From Harriotta raleighana (Eukaryota), in NCBI GenBank assembly GCA_050575255.1, contig JBNZDD010013613.1, positions 1,752,898 through 1,816,897 of the forward strand: 64,000 nt of DNA, in the 5' to 3' direction. Of this stretch, positions 10,779-23,606 are shown one piece after another (the stretch's first letter is position 1; every line of letters starts with the position of its first letter). The position numbers were made by a program, and so were the translations under genes. The notes under the pieces were generated by a model. The model ran no database searches, was not told the DNA's origin, and saw only the letters and a list, made by a program, of their open reading frames with translations.

Positions 10779-10925
10779 GTTAAAATTTAAGATCGCTCAG
10801 AATTCTCAAAAGTTCTTGAAATCCATTTTCATTTGGAAGCTGGTTTTCCACCAGATGACCCAGGTGACAAATTAAGACTGAATTGAAGAATTTTCCACAA
10901 TTGTGCATCAGTCTTAAATTGAAAG
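10779..10925. mobile_element. palindromic MITE-like element (related to 5254, 39270, 61120)
   Basis: AATTTAAGATCGCTCAGAATTCTCAAAAGTTCTTGAAAT pairs imperfectly with AATTGAAGAATTTTCCACAATTGTGCATCAGTCTTAAATT. Confidence 0.55.
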
Positions 10926-11247
10926 ACTAAGACCTGGGAGTTTTTTGGGGGGCAATTTTAGGCCTTTTAAGAAAAGCAAAAAGAATGTGATCCATAAAGA
11001 ACCTGTGTTTTTTTTTCTCAAATCAAACTTCCTGTTCTAGAAATTTCATTTTGTTGATCTTGTTGTGGTTGTTCCCGAGTGATGGATCCTCCTACAGAAG
11101 CCTGAATGATAAAATTGAAATCAAAATAACCCCCAGCAAAACCTGCTGCCCCAACATGCTCCTCACGCCCAGAAATAAAAACAATGATAAAATACTTGCT
11201 GGATGCTCTCAATTCCCGACACAGCCCTTTGTTTTCATCAGACCTAC

Positions 11248-11274
11248 CTGCCCGGTAAATCGGAAACATCATCA
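11248..11274 (-). other. candidate 27-nt exon, or 3' end of a longer exon
   Basis: ttcaTGCtttgttcgctgag|TGATGATGTTTCCGATTTACCGGGCAG|gtaggt; strong donor, weak GAG acceptor. Confidence 0.25.
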
Positions 11275-11959
11275 CTCAGCGAACAAAGCATGAAATATGT
11301 CCAAAAGCAAAATGCAGCGTTGTAAACCAGCAACATTCTGAGCAAGAGAGATGAACTGAAAATGCTTGCGATCATAAAAATCCTTCCATTTGAAATTGCG
11401 TCTGTAATGCACACAGGTAACGGCTGCCAAATTTAGTGACTGTGTTTGTTGATTAACGCAGCAAACAATTTGCACAAGTAGCAGGGTCTCTCACAAACAG
11501 CCATTAAGTGAATGGACAATTTAGCTAAGGGGTTGTTGGCTCAGAACCCTGGGAGAAATTTCATTCCCTTTTCAAAAAGTAACATGAGATCTTGTAACAT
11601 CTACATGTATGTGCTGCCAGAATTAAATTACAAACGTCAGGAAAATGGAGCAATTTTCTGCGAACTGTCTCCTGACATCAACAATCTGATGAAAGTTTGG
11701 CAAATGTTCAGGGCACCCAAAATGATCAAGTTCTTACCCTTACAGCTATTGTTTTATATTAAAGATTGAGACTCTCAATGATGTGATGAGGTGCTACAGT
11801 ATATTAAACATTAGGATCATTATTATTATGTGAAAATTTCCCAAACAGTCTTAACTTGGAAGCCTGGTTTCTGCAGTTCTTTATGGGTTACTGTAGTAAT
11901 GAATTGTCCTCTCAATTCAGACTATTTTCTAAAATTTAACACAATCTTCCCTTTTAAGA

Positions 11960-12320
11960 TGATAATAATGATCCCTGCGTTTGATATACCTCTGCAACAT
12001 GTCTTCGATATGTATTCTACATATACAGTATCATGTATACTACACTAATGAATTGACTGTATATTTGGGGGGCAATATGTGGTAGCCAAGTGTACACAGC
12101 AGCGTCCAACAAACAGTGGTGGAATGAAATGACCAAATAATTATTACAATTTTTTTTAAATGTGAAGGAATTATTACCCCAGCGAAAAGTGGTCCATCAA
12201 CCGACTAACAACCAGCGTCCCATTTACTGCTTGGTAAACAAAGAAACTTTCCCAACGTTCCTTCCTTACCCGGGAAGGTGGGAGCTCTTGTCGCTAAGAT
12301 AGCTAACCACTCCTTGAGAG
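11960..12320 (-). mobile_element. Deu-domain SINE, long form, diverged
   Basis: Reverse TTGGGAAAGTTTC, TGTTTACCAAGCAGTAAATGGGACGCTGG, core, tail. Confidence 0.75.
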
Positions 12321-12562
12321 CCTGAGATATTTACGAGCTCCTCACTTCAGAACTGGGGACTGGAAAGTAAATCTGTGTTTCAATAGTCAAAGGAGCTTGG
12401 AGTTCCAGAACGGAGGTTGGGAATAGACTCCTTTCAAGAGAGACTAATAGATCGGATATTAAGTATTTATTCATTTATTCATTGTAACTACAGTATTTTT
12501 AGTGATATTCTTTATTTAAGCTAAAGCAGTACAGCACTTCTCCAGCTAGAATCACAAGTTCT

Positions 12563-12712
12563 AGGGAATTAGATCTTTATTTAGGGAGAACAGGTCTATT
12601 AGGCTATGGGGAGCGAGCAGGGCAGTGGGATTAAATCGCTCTTTTCAAAGAGCCGGCACAGACTAGATGGGCCGAATGGCCTCCTTTTGTGCCGTAAACT
12701 TCTATGAATCTA
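12563..12712 (+). mobile_element. CR1 LINE 3' end
   Basis: CTAGATGGGCCGAATGGCCTCCTTTTGTGCCGTAAACTTCTATGAATCTAT. Confidence 0.9.
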
Positions 12713-13809
12713 TAAGTCTGGGTTTTAATATTTTGTTTATCTCCTTTCAATATTGATGTCTTCTTATCATTGCTCAACTCTGTGAAAAAGACCAATTTGT
12801 CTGAAAACTGCAACAAAGCAGTGAGAAATGCAGAAAGATCCAAGTGGATCTTATTATTTATCTGCACAACAGAGCGGGTCAGAGCGGCTGAACAGTCTCT
12901 GTAGCTCCCACTTTCTTAGGTTCTGATGTACAAGACAGACACTGCTTTGAGTTTGCGCCTTCTCAAGAACTCCTTCTGCCCTCTATAACAGAGGTGTTTA
13001 ATATCCAAATATCCCAAATCATTGAGAACATTTTTACAGAAATAATAATAATAATTGTTGTGGAATGCTCATTTTATTTAGATTTACATGTACTGCAACT
13101 GCATATTTTTTCAAAGAAACTCAAAAGAAATACTAAAACAACAGGAATGTTTCCGGAAGCAAACTATCAATCACATTGATTAGCTCCAGGAGTGGTTGGG
13201 AACGTTCTCTGTGGCTTTAGTTGAAAGAGCTAATTGCTGCCGGCATGTTTGTTAAAATAAATATTACTGACTGGTGTCTTCTCCCATGTGTGAGATGTCT
13301 GCCTCTGACTGCTCAGGTATCCTGTGATAGTTTATGTTCTCTTGTGTTGCAGACTCACAGAGAGAGAAAGCACACACCACTGAACTTTGGGCCACCATTG
13401 AACATTACTGAACAATGTGGAGGTTGGCTAGGTGTCAGTCTTTCAACATTGGAATATGAGTTTGGATGCATGCTAGGCTGATGGAATAGTATTTCCCTCT
13501 CTTTGATGGCTAGAAATGAGAAGAGTTTGGGAAGATTAAACCTAACTCACTGTGAATACCACCTGGCCATCCTCTGCTCAGAGGTACATGTGAATGTAGG
13601 GTTCGAGTCAGGTCAGAAACAAGCCCAACTAGGTGACTCTTGTGATCGAGGTACAAGTGAGGCAACGGAGGCTGCCTGTGCACGTGTATTGGTACAAGGG
13701 GAAATTGAAGCAAATTTACATTTCTTACACATACACAAGGATGACACCTCCAAACATGCAGTACTCCATGTGGATTGTGTTGGGAGTGACAGCAAGACAG
13801 CGATTGCTA

Positions 13810-14185
13810 TCTGGCTCAGTGGTAGCACTCTGGCCTGTGAGTCAGAAAGTTGTGGGGTCGAGTCCCACGGCAGGGGTTGTTGCATTGTTGGGAATCGCTG
13901 TCCTTTGGATGAGACACCAAGCTGAAGTCCCACCTGTCCGTTCGTGGCACTATTCGAAAAGAAAAGAACATTTCTCTGGATGTCCTGGCCATCAATCCTC
14001 AAATAAAAAAATTGGTTGTTCAATTCATGCCTGTTTGTGGGACGATGCTGTGTGCAAATTGGCTGCTGCATTTTCCCACAAATAAACAGTTCCTCCATCT
14101 AACAGTAAATCCTATGAAGAAGTGCTTTTTATGTACTCCCAACGTAAGAAAAGGGTTGTACCAAATGCAAGGATGATTATTGTTA
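13810..14185 (+). mobile_element. older SacSINE1-like Deu SINE, near full length
   Basis: GGCTCAGTGGTAGCACTCTGGCCTGTGAGTCAGAAAGTTGTGGGGTCGAGTCCCAC head, GTCCTTTGGATGAGAC, core, tail. Confidence 0.85.
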
Positions 14186-14914
14186 TCTAGCCTAAAACTA
14201 GGTGATCAAAAATGTTAAAACAATTTACAGGGAGGAAACACAGCCTGGGGAATGAACGACAAAATATTTCTGCTCCTTTATTACAATTATCTGCTGCTGT
14301 TCCTTCAAAAGAGCAGCGGAATGAAATGCCTTTCACCAGATGGTGTGATATGTACATCTTATTAAGGATTCTTTTTTATGTAGTCGCTTGGATGATCGCT
14401 CTGCTGTGCAAGTTCCATTACTCCTCTGGAAGAGGTAATGGGGGTAGTGCAACTACACGTTTTCATGCTTTGCTTATAACATGATGTTGAAGTCAGCCAT
14501 ATTTTAGTGGAGGAAGCTGACAGATCAGCACCAGAATTCTGTGGCCCTTGTTTCTACTCGAGTACAGATCCACAGGATACCAGTGTTATAAGCAGAACTA
14601 TATATACACTGTGTAATACGAGGAAAGTAGTGGAGAACTTTATAACGAAATTGCGAATATTTCTCACATGAGAACATGTATCCTCCGAAACAATAATAAA
14701 TTTGTCCTTATATTTGACATAGATAGATATTGAATATTGAACATTTGAAGGGGCTTTGGAGGTTATTCTTGTCAACTGTAGTGATTTTGTGTTTTTGGAG
14801 AAACATGGCAGCCAAATTCTAGACAAGATCTAACAATTAGCCCTAGGCAGTGAAGGACCAATTTATCTGGAACATTGTTGGTCACAACACTGAGAAAAAC
14901 ACTCGATAGGATTT

Positions 14915-15130
14915 AGAGAAGGGAAGTTTCTCTGGTGTCCTGGTCAACAATTCTTCCAAATTGGTCATTTTATTTCATGGCTTTGTGAGACGCTATTGCT
15001 CATAATTGGGCTGCCTCTATCGCCTGCAAACACACAGTCACTGCACGTCACAGTAAATCCTGTGAAGCACTTTGAGATGTCCTCTTGATGGGAAAGACAC
15101 CATACCAAATGTAAGGACTATTGCAATATT
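14915..15130 (+). mobile_element. SacSINE1-like SINE 3' half
   Basis: GGTGTCCTGGTCAACAA, TTGGTCATT, L2-type tail. Confidence 0.7.
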
Positions 15131-15132
15131 AT

Positions 15133-15310
15133 CATAGAATCATAGAATGTTACACACAGAAGGAGGCCATTCGGCCCATCGAGTCTGTGCTGACTCTCTG
15201 ACAGAGCAATGTCACTTTTATTAACCCCAATCACCAGCTTTCTCCCCATAACCCTGCAAACCCGTCTTCCCCAGATACCTATCCAGTTCTCTCTTAAAAG
15301 CTGCTATCGA
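15133..15310 (-). mobile_element. CR1 LINE 3' end
   Basis: CATAGAATCATAGAAT tail and GAAGGAGGCCATTCGGCCCATC on the plus strand. Confidence 0.9.
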
Positions 15311-16577
15311 ATTGGAATTTATTGGAATTATTGGAATTTAGATCACTCCAAAGAGGTAGTTTCTAAGCTGTTTTCAGTGATAGGTCAGCCATCACATTTT
15401 AATGGGTGTTCTTTTTAGTATATTTATCATGCAGTCTTTTTTACTCTGCCCTTATGCTTTGGAACACAATCCCTTCACCTTGCTCCTTCCCTTGTCTCCT
15501 TCAAGATCAGTCTCGAGACCTTCAGTTGCCATCCTACCTCTCTGCCCTCCCTCATCCCAACTTTGCACCTCCACCCCCCCCCCCCCACCCCCAATTACAA
15601 TCTCACTCCAATGCAGTGTTGGGCTAGACTTGCCTTGCCAGAGTTGCCATTTTTCAAATAAACTGTTAAACTGGATTTGATTTAACACAAATCAACTTTT
15701 TCGAGGATTTCCTGATGTCCTGAGCAACATCACCCAGATACATTTGTCATTCGTCTTATGGGTGTTCATGGGACATTGATATCTGAATATTGGCTGCTGC
15801 ATAAGCCTACAAATACGCAGTCACCCCATCCAGCAGCATTTACTGCAAACCACTCTGAGAATATTGCAAAGGTTCTTATTTTTAATAAGATGATCTTATT
15901 TGACAAGTCAATGCAAAACTAGACATTCATCCAAGCCCAAAGGAAGCAAGTTTGCTCTGGTGTTGCGGACCTAGGTCCTGTGTTAGAGACACAGTATTGG
16001 CTGAATATTTACACCTGCTTTCAGCGCCGGTTGAGAAATATTTTTAAGATCCAAACTTCACTCGATTTACAACTGTTCTGATGACAATATGATGTTTTAT
16101 GAATTGTTTCAAAGGAGAGCAATGAAAGGGGCTACTCTAAGTTTAATAGATACCATATTTGAACATGTCTATAATAATATCTGTATTCTTCAAGCAGAAA
16201 CAAGGTTGTAATGACCTTAATTTAAATAAAATCGCTGCACTTTTGTACAAAAGCATGGTTTAGTTAAGTAAAGTGGATTTGACAGAATCCGAGTAGAATT
16301 TACTTCCATTCTTAACTAGAAAGAAAATAAGCATTGGTGTTCAGTTTGCTCTGGGCATCAAAAGGAAGCTTTAGTCTGTCACCATTTCAGCAGGGCAGTA
16401 AATCAAAGGGGGAGTAACGTTCCTTAGGAATTTTTGAAAAGAAAATACAAAGGAGACGTGTCTGAAATGTGGCTTCTTTGAACTGTTGCACGGTGAAAGG
16501 AAGGAAGGATAATGAGGGCATCTCTCCACAGCAAAAACCCATACATGTGCTGAGAGGGGGAAAAAAGCTTTTTTTGT

Positions 16578-16856
16578 TTAACTGAAGGAAATGTATGAAG
16601 AGGATGGCTGCGTATTTAACAAAGCGGGAATAAAGAACAAAAAGTCTGCAAATAATAGTGGTGTCACTTCCGTAAAATATACAGGGGGAGGCACAATGAT
16701 GCTGTTGGTGATGGAGGTGCTGACAAGGGGTGTCGGCAGGTCATCACTGTGATTCACGGGAGCTCTGTTCTGGCTTTGACACAATTGTGCTTTCAGTTCC
16801 TGTGAGGTGACGGGACAATACTTCCGGTTACTGAAGGGGCCCCCAGACGAGCATTC
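16578..16856 (-). CDS. candidate terminal coding exon (92 aa, phase 0), unknown product
   Basis: Acceptor ctctttgtaag then open frame ECSSGGPFSNRKYCPVTSQELKAQLCQSQNRAP...YISFS-stop in repeat-free sequence. Confidence 0.25.
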   Translation of the reverse strand, partial: ECSSGGPFSNRKYCPVTSQELKAQLCQSQNRAPVNHSDDLPTPLVSTSITNSIIVPPPVYFTEVTPLLFADFLFFIPALLNTQPSSSYISFS

Positions 16857-18449
16857 CTTACAAAGAGTTTTTGTTAGATATCAAAGCCCGCTAGACTTCA
16901 TTGTTGGTGTTCTTACTTCCGGGATGGGAACTCAGGCCCAATAATAATGATAATAATAATAATAATTCTTGCATGTAGTATATAGTAGCTTCTTTCATGT
17001 CAGGGGACATCCCAAATGGCTTCACAGATTTACTGTGAACTGGAGTGTTGATGCCACTTTCAGGCAAATAGCATCATGGTATCATCTGAACAGGTAGACA
17101 TGATCTCAGTTTAATGTCTCATCAATCTGTAGTATTTCACATTGGTCTTTAACAGTCAAAAGAGAGGAGACATTCACCTCACTTCTCCAATGTGGTACCG
17201 ATGGTGCGTTGCATTGTCAGAGGCGCATATCGGGTGAGATACCAAACTGAGATCCTGTCTGACTCTTCACTTGGGCAGTAAAGTCGATCATCATAATAAT
17301 ATCTTCAAAAGGAGGCTTGAACTCCTAGCCTTTAGACCCAGAGCCTTGAGTGATGACGACTAAGCCAAGCTGACACAAAACTTCTTCAATATTTCAAATA
17401 TAGACCGGATTGAAAGAAGATTGAATGATAATACTGATCCTACACCAGGGTGATGCAACAACCCAACTGTAAAGTACAGTAACCTATAGGACATGATAGT
17501 TACTGAGCTGCTGGAGTTAGCAGAGGGGAACTGTATAGGCTATGGAACACAGCAGGTCTGGGCTATGAAATGGAGATGTGGAAATAAATAATATCAATTG
17601 AGCATCAGGAAACAGTCCATGAGAGTGTCAGTTCTACATAGTGTGTGAAATGAGCTGAATTGAGGGACTAAAATGTCTTTTCTTGTTCCAAGATTTCTTG
17701 TTCATAACTGAAGAAACAGTTTTTTTGGGCCCATCAAGACTTTGATGCTGTTTTACTCCATATGAGCTATCTAATCTAATCTATTCTAATCTAATCTCAC
17801 CCTCCTACTCATTCCTCATATCTTTAAATGTTTTGCCTTTTCAAGTGTCTACAAACTCAATATTAAAAGTATTTATGACCTATCGATCAACTATTTAAGC
17901 TTTATGGCAGAGAATCCCACATTCCAACTACCCTCTCTAAACTAAATCGTCCTCTGTATAAACTCACACCCTGTGTGGAACGGAGGTGAATAATTTATAT
18001 CACACATCTAGCTACATTACACACTGTTAACCCACCTAAAGCCCAAAATGCATCATAAAAAGCAGTGAAGTTAAATTCTGAACTGCTGTAATTTGCCGAG
18101 TTATGCTTACAAAGGAATTCTACAAATGACAGATAAAGATTCTCAATTCGCAAATCTTTTGTTCCAACAGCCCATTAATAATTCATTCAGCAACTCGACA
18201 AACAAGAGCAGAAAGAACTTAATCATAACCTGGATTTTCAAGAGTTGTTGACTGTTTTCATTAAAAGTTGAGATAAATGAGAGAACTCCAATGTCAAGAA
18301 TAGGCAAGCTCTCGGAGAGCAGTCAGTACTGCGGATCTGTGTCCCGGCATTAGACAGTGGGGGCTGTAGAAAGCGTGAATAGGGTTGAAATGTAACGAGT
18401 TTGATGCAGTGAAAGTCCATTAACTATGGATTATGTCTGCTACTTGATC

Positions 18450-18625
18450 ATAATCCTTGATACAGCGCCTTATCACATCTTTGAGACGTCTCAAGGCACT
18501 TAACAGAATATACTACTACTGAATTACTATTTTTTTGTGGCCTAAACACAGCTGCCAAATGCACACAGCCGTGTCCCAAAAACAATTGCGGACTGAGTGA
18601 CCACATGTTTTTTGAAAGCATTATT
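18450..18625 (-). mobile_element. Deu-domain SINE 3' half
   Basis: Reverse core and tail TGAGACGTCTCAAAGATGTGATAAGGCGCTG. Confidence 0.8.
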
Positions 18626-19917
18626 GCCTGCAGAAAAGCAATACGCCAAAGGACTGGCAACCGGGTTCCATTGAAACATCTCAAAGCACTTCACAGAATA
18701 TATATTGTGATGTTGTGAATCAAGACTTCATTTCCTGGGAAAGTCAAATACAGGGCAGCGATATATTGCGGATTATAGTTAGCAAGGTGGGGGTAATGTT
18801 TACCTTGTTGCTTATGGAATCAATGAGATTAAACAGCTCTTGGGTACATGCTCTGTACCTCTGGAGGGAATGCTCTACATTATCTTTATAGAGTTGTTGC
18901 CAAAGATGTGATTGTCACCTGTGGTAACATTGCACAATAAATATAAGCCAAGCCACATTTTATCTCCTTTCAACGGAAGTAAAATAACATAATTTGGAAG
19001 TGTCAATTACTCAAAGTGCTCAGAGTCTCACCTACTGTTGTTAAAAGTTGTTAAAAGTCAGACTGAACCCAGAGGCTACNAGTGTCAATTACTCAAAGTG
19101 CTCAGAGTCTCACCTACTGTTGTTAAAAGTCAGACTGAACCCCGAGGCTACCCACAGGCGCATCCTCTTAAATGAACTGACTTTGATTTATTTTACTTTA
19201 TGATTATAAAAGAGGAAGCTGCTGACACATTGAATAATTTACAGAACAAAAGTCTGGCCCAGTAGCCAGAACATAGAAAAAATTCAGTTTTAAGAGACTA
19301 AAGTCTAGAAGCCATAAATTCCTTTCAGTGTACAGTAGAGATAAAAATACAATACAGTATTTCTATTGAGACATATCATCAAAGTTGTTACATTTAGAAA
19401 AAGTAGGAGTTTCACTCCAAACACTGCAATAACTTCACTGTTTTAATATCTGGGTTGCACATACATACGAAGAATTAGCCCATAAACCACTGACTTTAAA
19501 CATAAGATTTTGTAGATTTCTTATATTCAATATCAATTTAGAAGCGTGTTTTATGCACACTGTTTATCAGGTCTGGATTCTAAGAACAAAATACTGGTAT
19601 ATTTTTCAAAGTAAAACACACCTCAATATATTTTCTTAAAATGACAATCTCTATCTGCAATGAGGTCCCAAAAGAACATTGTACATTTCTCTTCGATGTG
19701 TGTGTTTTGGGGGAAGCTAATGTTTAGCTAAATAACAGCGAAACACAATACAATACAACAATACAAATGTAAATTTATAGTGTGCTATCCCAAGGCACTA
19801 GGCAGACTGAGGTTTATACCCAATCTGAGATGACATAGAGGGTGGGTATGAGGGCAGTAGATGGCAATATGACTCCTCGATGGCAGAGATTCAATGTTTT
19901 GGATTGTGTAAAACTCA

Positions 19918-19988
19918 CAGTGAGTGACAGAGAAGCTGAGTGACCCTCAGTGAGTGACAGAGAAGCTGAGTGACCCTCAGTGAGTGAC
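19918..19988. repeat. 30-bp tandem repeat, about 2.4 copies
   Basis: CAGTGAGTGACAGAGAAGCTGAGTGACCCT repeated exactly. Confidence 0.95.
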
Positions 19989-20879
19989 CAGGGAGTCCTA
20001 TTATTTTCCCTATCTTGAAATTTGCTCAGAATATGCACAATCAATCCACGTTACACTGTCTGATGCAGCACCTTGAGAGGTCTCCATGATGTGATGAAGC
20101 GTTATATTAAATGCTCTGATTATTGTAAATATTAACTGGTATTGACCGCTGCTTCATGGGATATTGACTGGCTCAATGCCAAGAGAAAACATCACTGTCA
20201 GCAATAAGAAGAGTAAAACACTCAGGGCTGATCACCAAAGTAAAATGGGTGAGGAAGGAGGTGGAGGGAGGTGGAAGGAGGGGATTCAAACCTCAATCAA
20301 GTCAATAATTATAGATTGAAATAAATTTCTTGACACAATTCCGCACAATTGGTCAGCTATGTGTCTGACACATGTGGAAAACAACTGCCATGATTACAGA
20401 GTAAGTGCCTTGGGACATCTCCCCGACGTGAAGAGCCCTCGATCAATGTAATGTCGTCGTTGTTGTTGTTGAGTAGCTAAAGCAGACTGAGATGAGAGTT
20501 CTGAATATGTATGGCATTTGCAAATGGAAATGTCCCATGTGTGGAATGGAATACGCACGCTCTTCCTGGAGAGATACACCCTGTGTATTTGGATTCTGCT
20601 GGATTTTATCCAGTGAAAGACGCACAGCTCGTCATTAAGAGCATTGCCTGTCAGGCTTTCCGGTGATTATCCAGCAAGGATCACTCTACACATTAGGGCT
20701 TTGCAGCGTGGATAATTATTTCATGTTATAAATATCACATCAAATCTGTTATGAAACACTGCGATATTCACCCTGCAGTTTACTATAAGCAGTTAGAAGC
20801 AGAGTGGTGCTTAATTAAAGCTGCAGAAAAATTCCCCCAAGCTCCACATTACCACTTCCGGGGAGCTCACCTGGATGAA

Positions 20880-21335
20880 TAATAATAAAAATAATAATAA
20901 GCCTGGCATCTGATTTCGTGCTTTACTACATCGTTGAGATGAATCAAAGCACTTTGCAGAATATACTAATTATAATCCTTGCATTTGATATAGAGCTTTA
21001 CACATCTTCTAGAAGTCTCAAAGCGCTTCACAGTATGTACTGCAAAGTGAATTGATGTACTGTACATTCGTGGCCGAAACACGATAGCTAATTGTGCATG
21101 GCAGTGTCCCACAAACAGTCGTGGATTGAAAATGATCAATTTATTATTGATTATTGTCAGGCGTGTGGAGTAAGGAAACTCGCCCAAGGTTTCGCCATGC
21201 CTGGAATCGAACCCAGGTCTCTCGCTTGCAAAGCGATTGCTCTAACCACTGTAAAGTGGATTGGTGTTTATTTTGTGGGCGAAACACAGTAACCAATTGT
21301 ACACAGCAGTGTCTCACAAACAGTCGTGGATTAAG
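20880..21335 (-). mobile_element. nested Deu-domain SINEs (younger copy 20968-21250 inside an older one)
   Basis: Older tail 20880-20966 ends at AGAATATACT and resumes at GTAAAGTGGATTG (21251); a near-complete copy lies between. Confidence 0.8.
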
Positions 21336-21924
21336 TAATAACGTTTTTGAAAATTATTAATAATAATAATTGCATGTCCAACACTCTGCAACACTGCTCT
21401 GAACAAGAGATGCAGAATGCCTTAAGCCTTCGCAGTTAATTCTGAGATTTTGCTGAGATACATTGCAAAATAAGACGTTAATTTTGCAAAGTGTGTCACT
21501 CGGGTATTTGTGTTTTTTAAACTCCTGCAACAATTCAATATGGGACTAGTTTCCATGGTTTTGTAGCTCAATAGAACTTCGAACAATTTCCACACAAGCA
21601 ATTTTTTAACCTGTAAAATGTTACTCAGCAACGCTCCAGGCTGCAAGCCATCAATAATTGATTTTACATTATTTAAAAAGGAGGAAAGCTGTGTCAAAGA
21701 GGCGAAAAGCCCACGATCAATACCCGACTTGGAGGGCATTTGAACACAAAAAAGAGCACAGGAAAGGGCATTAGCGACGTTTTGTGCTGTTTTTGACAGT
21801 AGACCAGACCACCAAGTGTGACACGAACAGAATCTGTTAGATGCTGGATCTTTGAAGTCCGTGTTCAAAGGATCTACAGCAATGATCAGTCTTTCTGAAT
21901 TTTGAACGAAAGCCAATTATCTTT

Positions 21925-21990
21925 ATTAGACCAGCTGCCAGTCTCTGCGGTCTATTTATAATCTGAAACTCTGTAGCTGACGCCTCCCCA
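21925..21990 (-). promoter_or_regulatory. candidate core promoter: TATA box overlapping MEF2 consensus, half-CRE, E-box
   Basis: Minus strand GGGGAGGCGTCAGC...TTATAAATAG (21952-21961), CAGCTG at 21932-21937. Confidence 0.3.
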
Positions 21991-22224
21991 TTCATACCTG
22001 CACACGCAGACTACACACTGTGGTCAGGGACCCAGTGACAGCGGCTACAGTCCCTGTAATACTCAACCAGGTGCTGGTACCCAAGTGCAGCAGCAATGCA
22101 CATGTCCCAATCTTGCTCCTCCATTAGTGAGAACCAGTGAATAGAGCAAAGTAGTGGAGTTGGAGTAGTTTAGCAGCAACACTTCAGCAGAGAAGCCACC
22201 ACCAGCATAGACCACCCACCACTG

Positions 22225-22344
22225 ACCAAATTCACATTTGCGTAGCGTCTGTCACATCAGGATGACATCCTAAGGTGCTGAACAGTCAGTGTTTCAGACT
22301 CGAGCTGGAGTCAGGATTGTGGAGGGAAGTGGGGGGAAGATAGG
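22225..22344 (-). mobile_element. L2 3' end
   Basis: Reverse CTGACTGTTCAGCACCTTAGGATGTCATCCTGATGTGACAGACGCT. Confidence 0.75.
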
Positions 22345-22700
22345 CTGTCGCCCTATCAGCCTGCCCGCACCCTCCGTTCAGCAGACTCAGGCCTGCTCCG
22401 CGTCCACCGCCCTAACCCCCCCAACCATCAGTGGCCGGGCTTTCAGCCTCTCTGCCCCCACACTCTGGAACTCCATCCCACAGTCCCTCCACCTTGCTTC
22501 CTCCCTTTCCTCCTTCAAGGCCGGTCTCAAGACCTTCCTCTTTGGCTCTCCCCGACTCTTCCCCCTCTCCCCTCTCCCTCCCCCTACCCCCGACCCTCTC
22601 CCCCTGCTCGGGTCCCGATCTGACTGTTCAGCGCTTTGGGACGCCCTCCCGACGTGAAAGGCGCTATCCAAGTGTAATTTTGTTGGTGTTGTTGCTGTTG
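22345..22700 (+). mobile_element. young L2 LINE 3' fragment
   Basis: GRAFSLSAPTLWNSIPQSLHLASSLSSFKAGLKTFLF, terminal stem-loop, TTG tail. Confidence 0.95.
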
Positions 22701-22884
22701 ACAGTAGGGAAACTGGATTGAGAGGCTCTGGTAGCAACTGGAGGGAGAGGTGTGAGCAAAGTTGGTTGGTTACAATGCACACACACAAACACACATATAC
22801 ACACTGATAAACACACGGATGTGGGAAGTAAAAGTGTTAAGAGATAAAGGGAAAAGTTAATGGACTACGATTAGAAAGATAATA

Positions 22885-23188
22885 GGAGTCCTGTAGCTGA
22901 ATGGTGGAGCACTCGTGGTCACAGATTTAAAATAGTTTCAAAACGAAGCTGTGGGGAACTGAGGAGACATTTTTTCACTCAGCGGGTTGTTCGAATCTGG
23001 AATGCATTGCCTGAAAAGGTGGCTGGGGCTGATTTGATAACAGCTTTTAAAAGAGAATTAGATCTTTATTTAGGGAGAAGGGGTCTGTTAGGTTATGGGG
23101 AGAAAGCTGGGCAGTGGGATTGAGTTGCTCTTTTCAAAGAGCCACAGACTAGATGGGCCGAATGGCCTCCTTTTGTCCCGTAAAATTC
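22885..23188 (+). mobile_element. SINE tRNA head joined to young CR1 3' fragment
   Basis: GGAGTCCTGTAGCTGAATGGTGGAGC-ACTCG-TGGTCACAGATTTAAAA; CR1 part closely matches 42745-43030. Confidence 0.9.
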
Positions 23189-23482
23189 CAGCAATGTCTC
23201 ACTACTTACAAGAGATATATCACTTAAATTACATACAGACATGAACAAAGAGTGCAATAAATGATCAGACCCTACCTGCAGGTTAAACCACTTTGTTTTT
23301 GATATGCCAAATTAATGCCAAAGGATTATTTGTGCTGCTCAGAGCAGAACATGTTAGATTTTTAAATCCACATTTCAGTAATAATCCCAAATCATTCTTG
23401 CATCTGATATGTAGAGCTTCATCACAACAGGAGGATGTAACAAGGTATACATTAAATGTACTGGTAATGTACTGAGTGTATA

Positions 23483-23606
23483 CAGTAAAACCCCGTTTAT
23501 CCGGCGGCCACGGGACCTGGCCAGTGGCGGTTAAACGTTTTTTTCCGGTTGAACGGATTTATTTAAAAAATATATTAAATATAATTTCTTTAAAAAAATT
23601 AAAAAG
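23483..23606. mobile_element. truncated Tigger/pogo-like MITE (one end only)
   Basis: TA-CAGTAAAACCCCGTTTATCCGGC then sequence matching 23810 onward. Confidence 0.8.

Noticed and set aside
21422-21916. 164-aa ORF as a gene
   Set aside because: Starts at TTG, no recognisable domain, distal part is AT-rich and repeat-like
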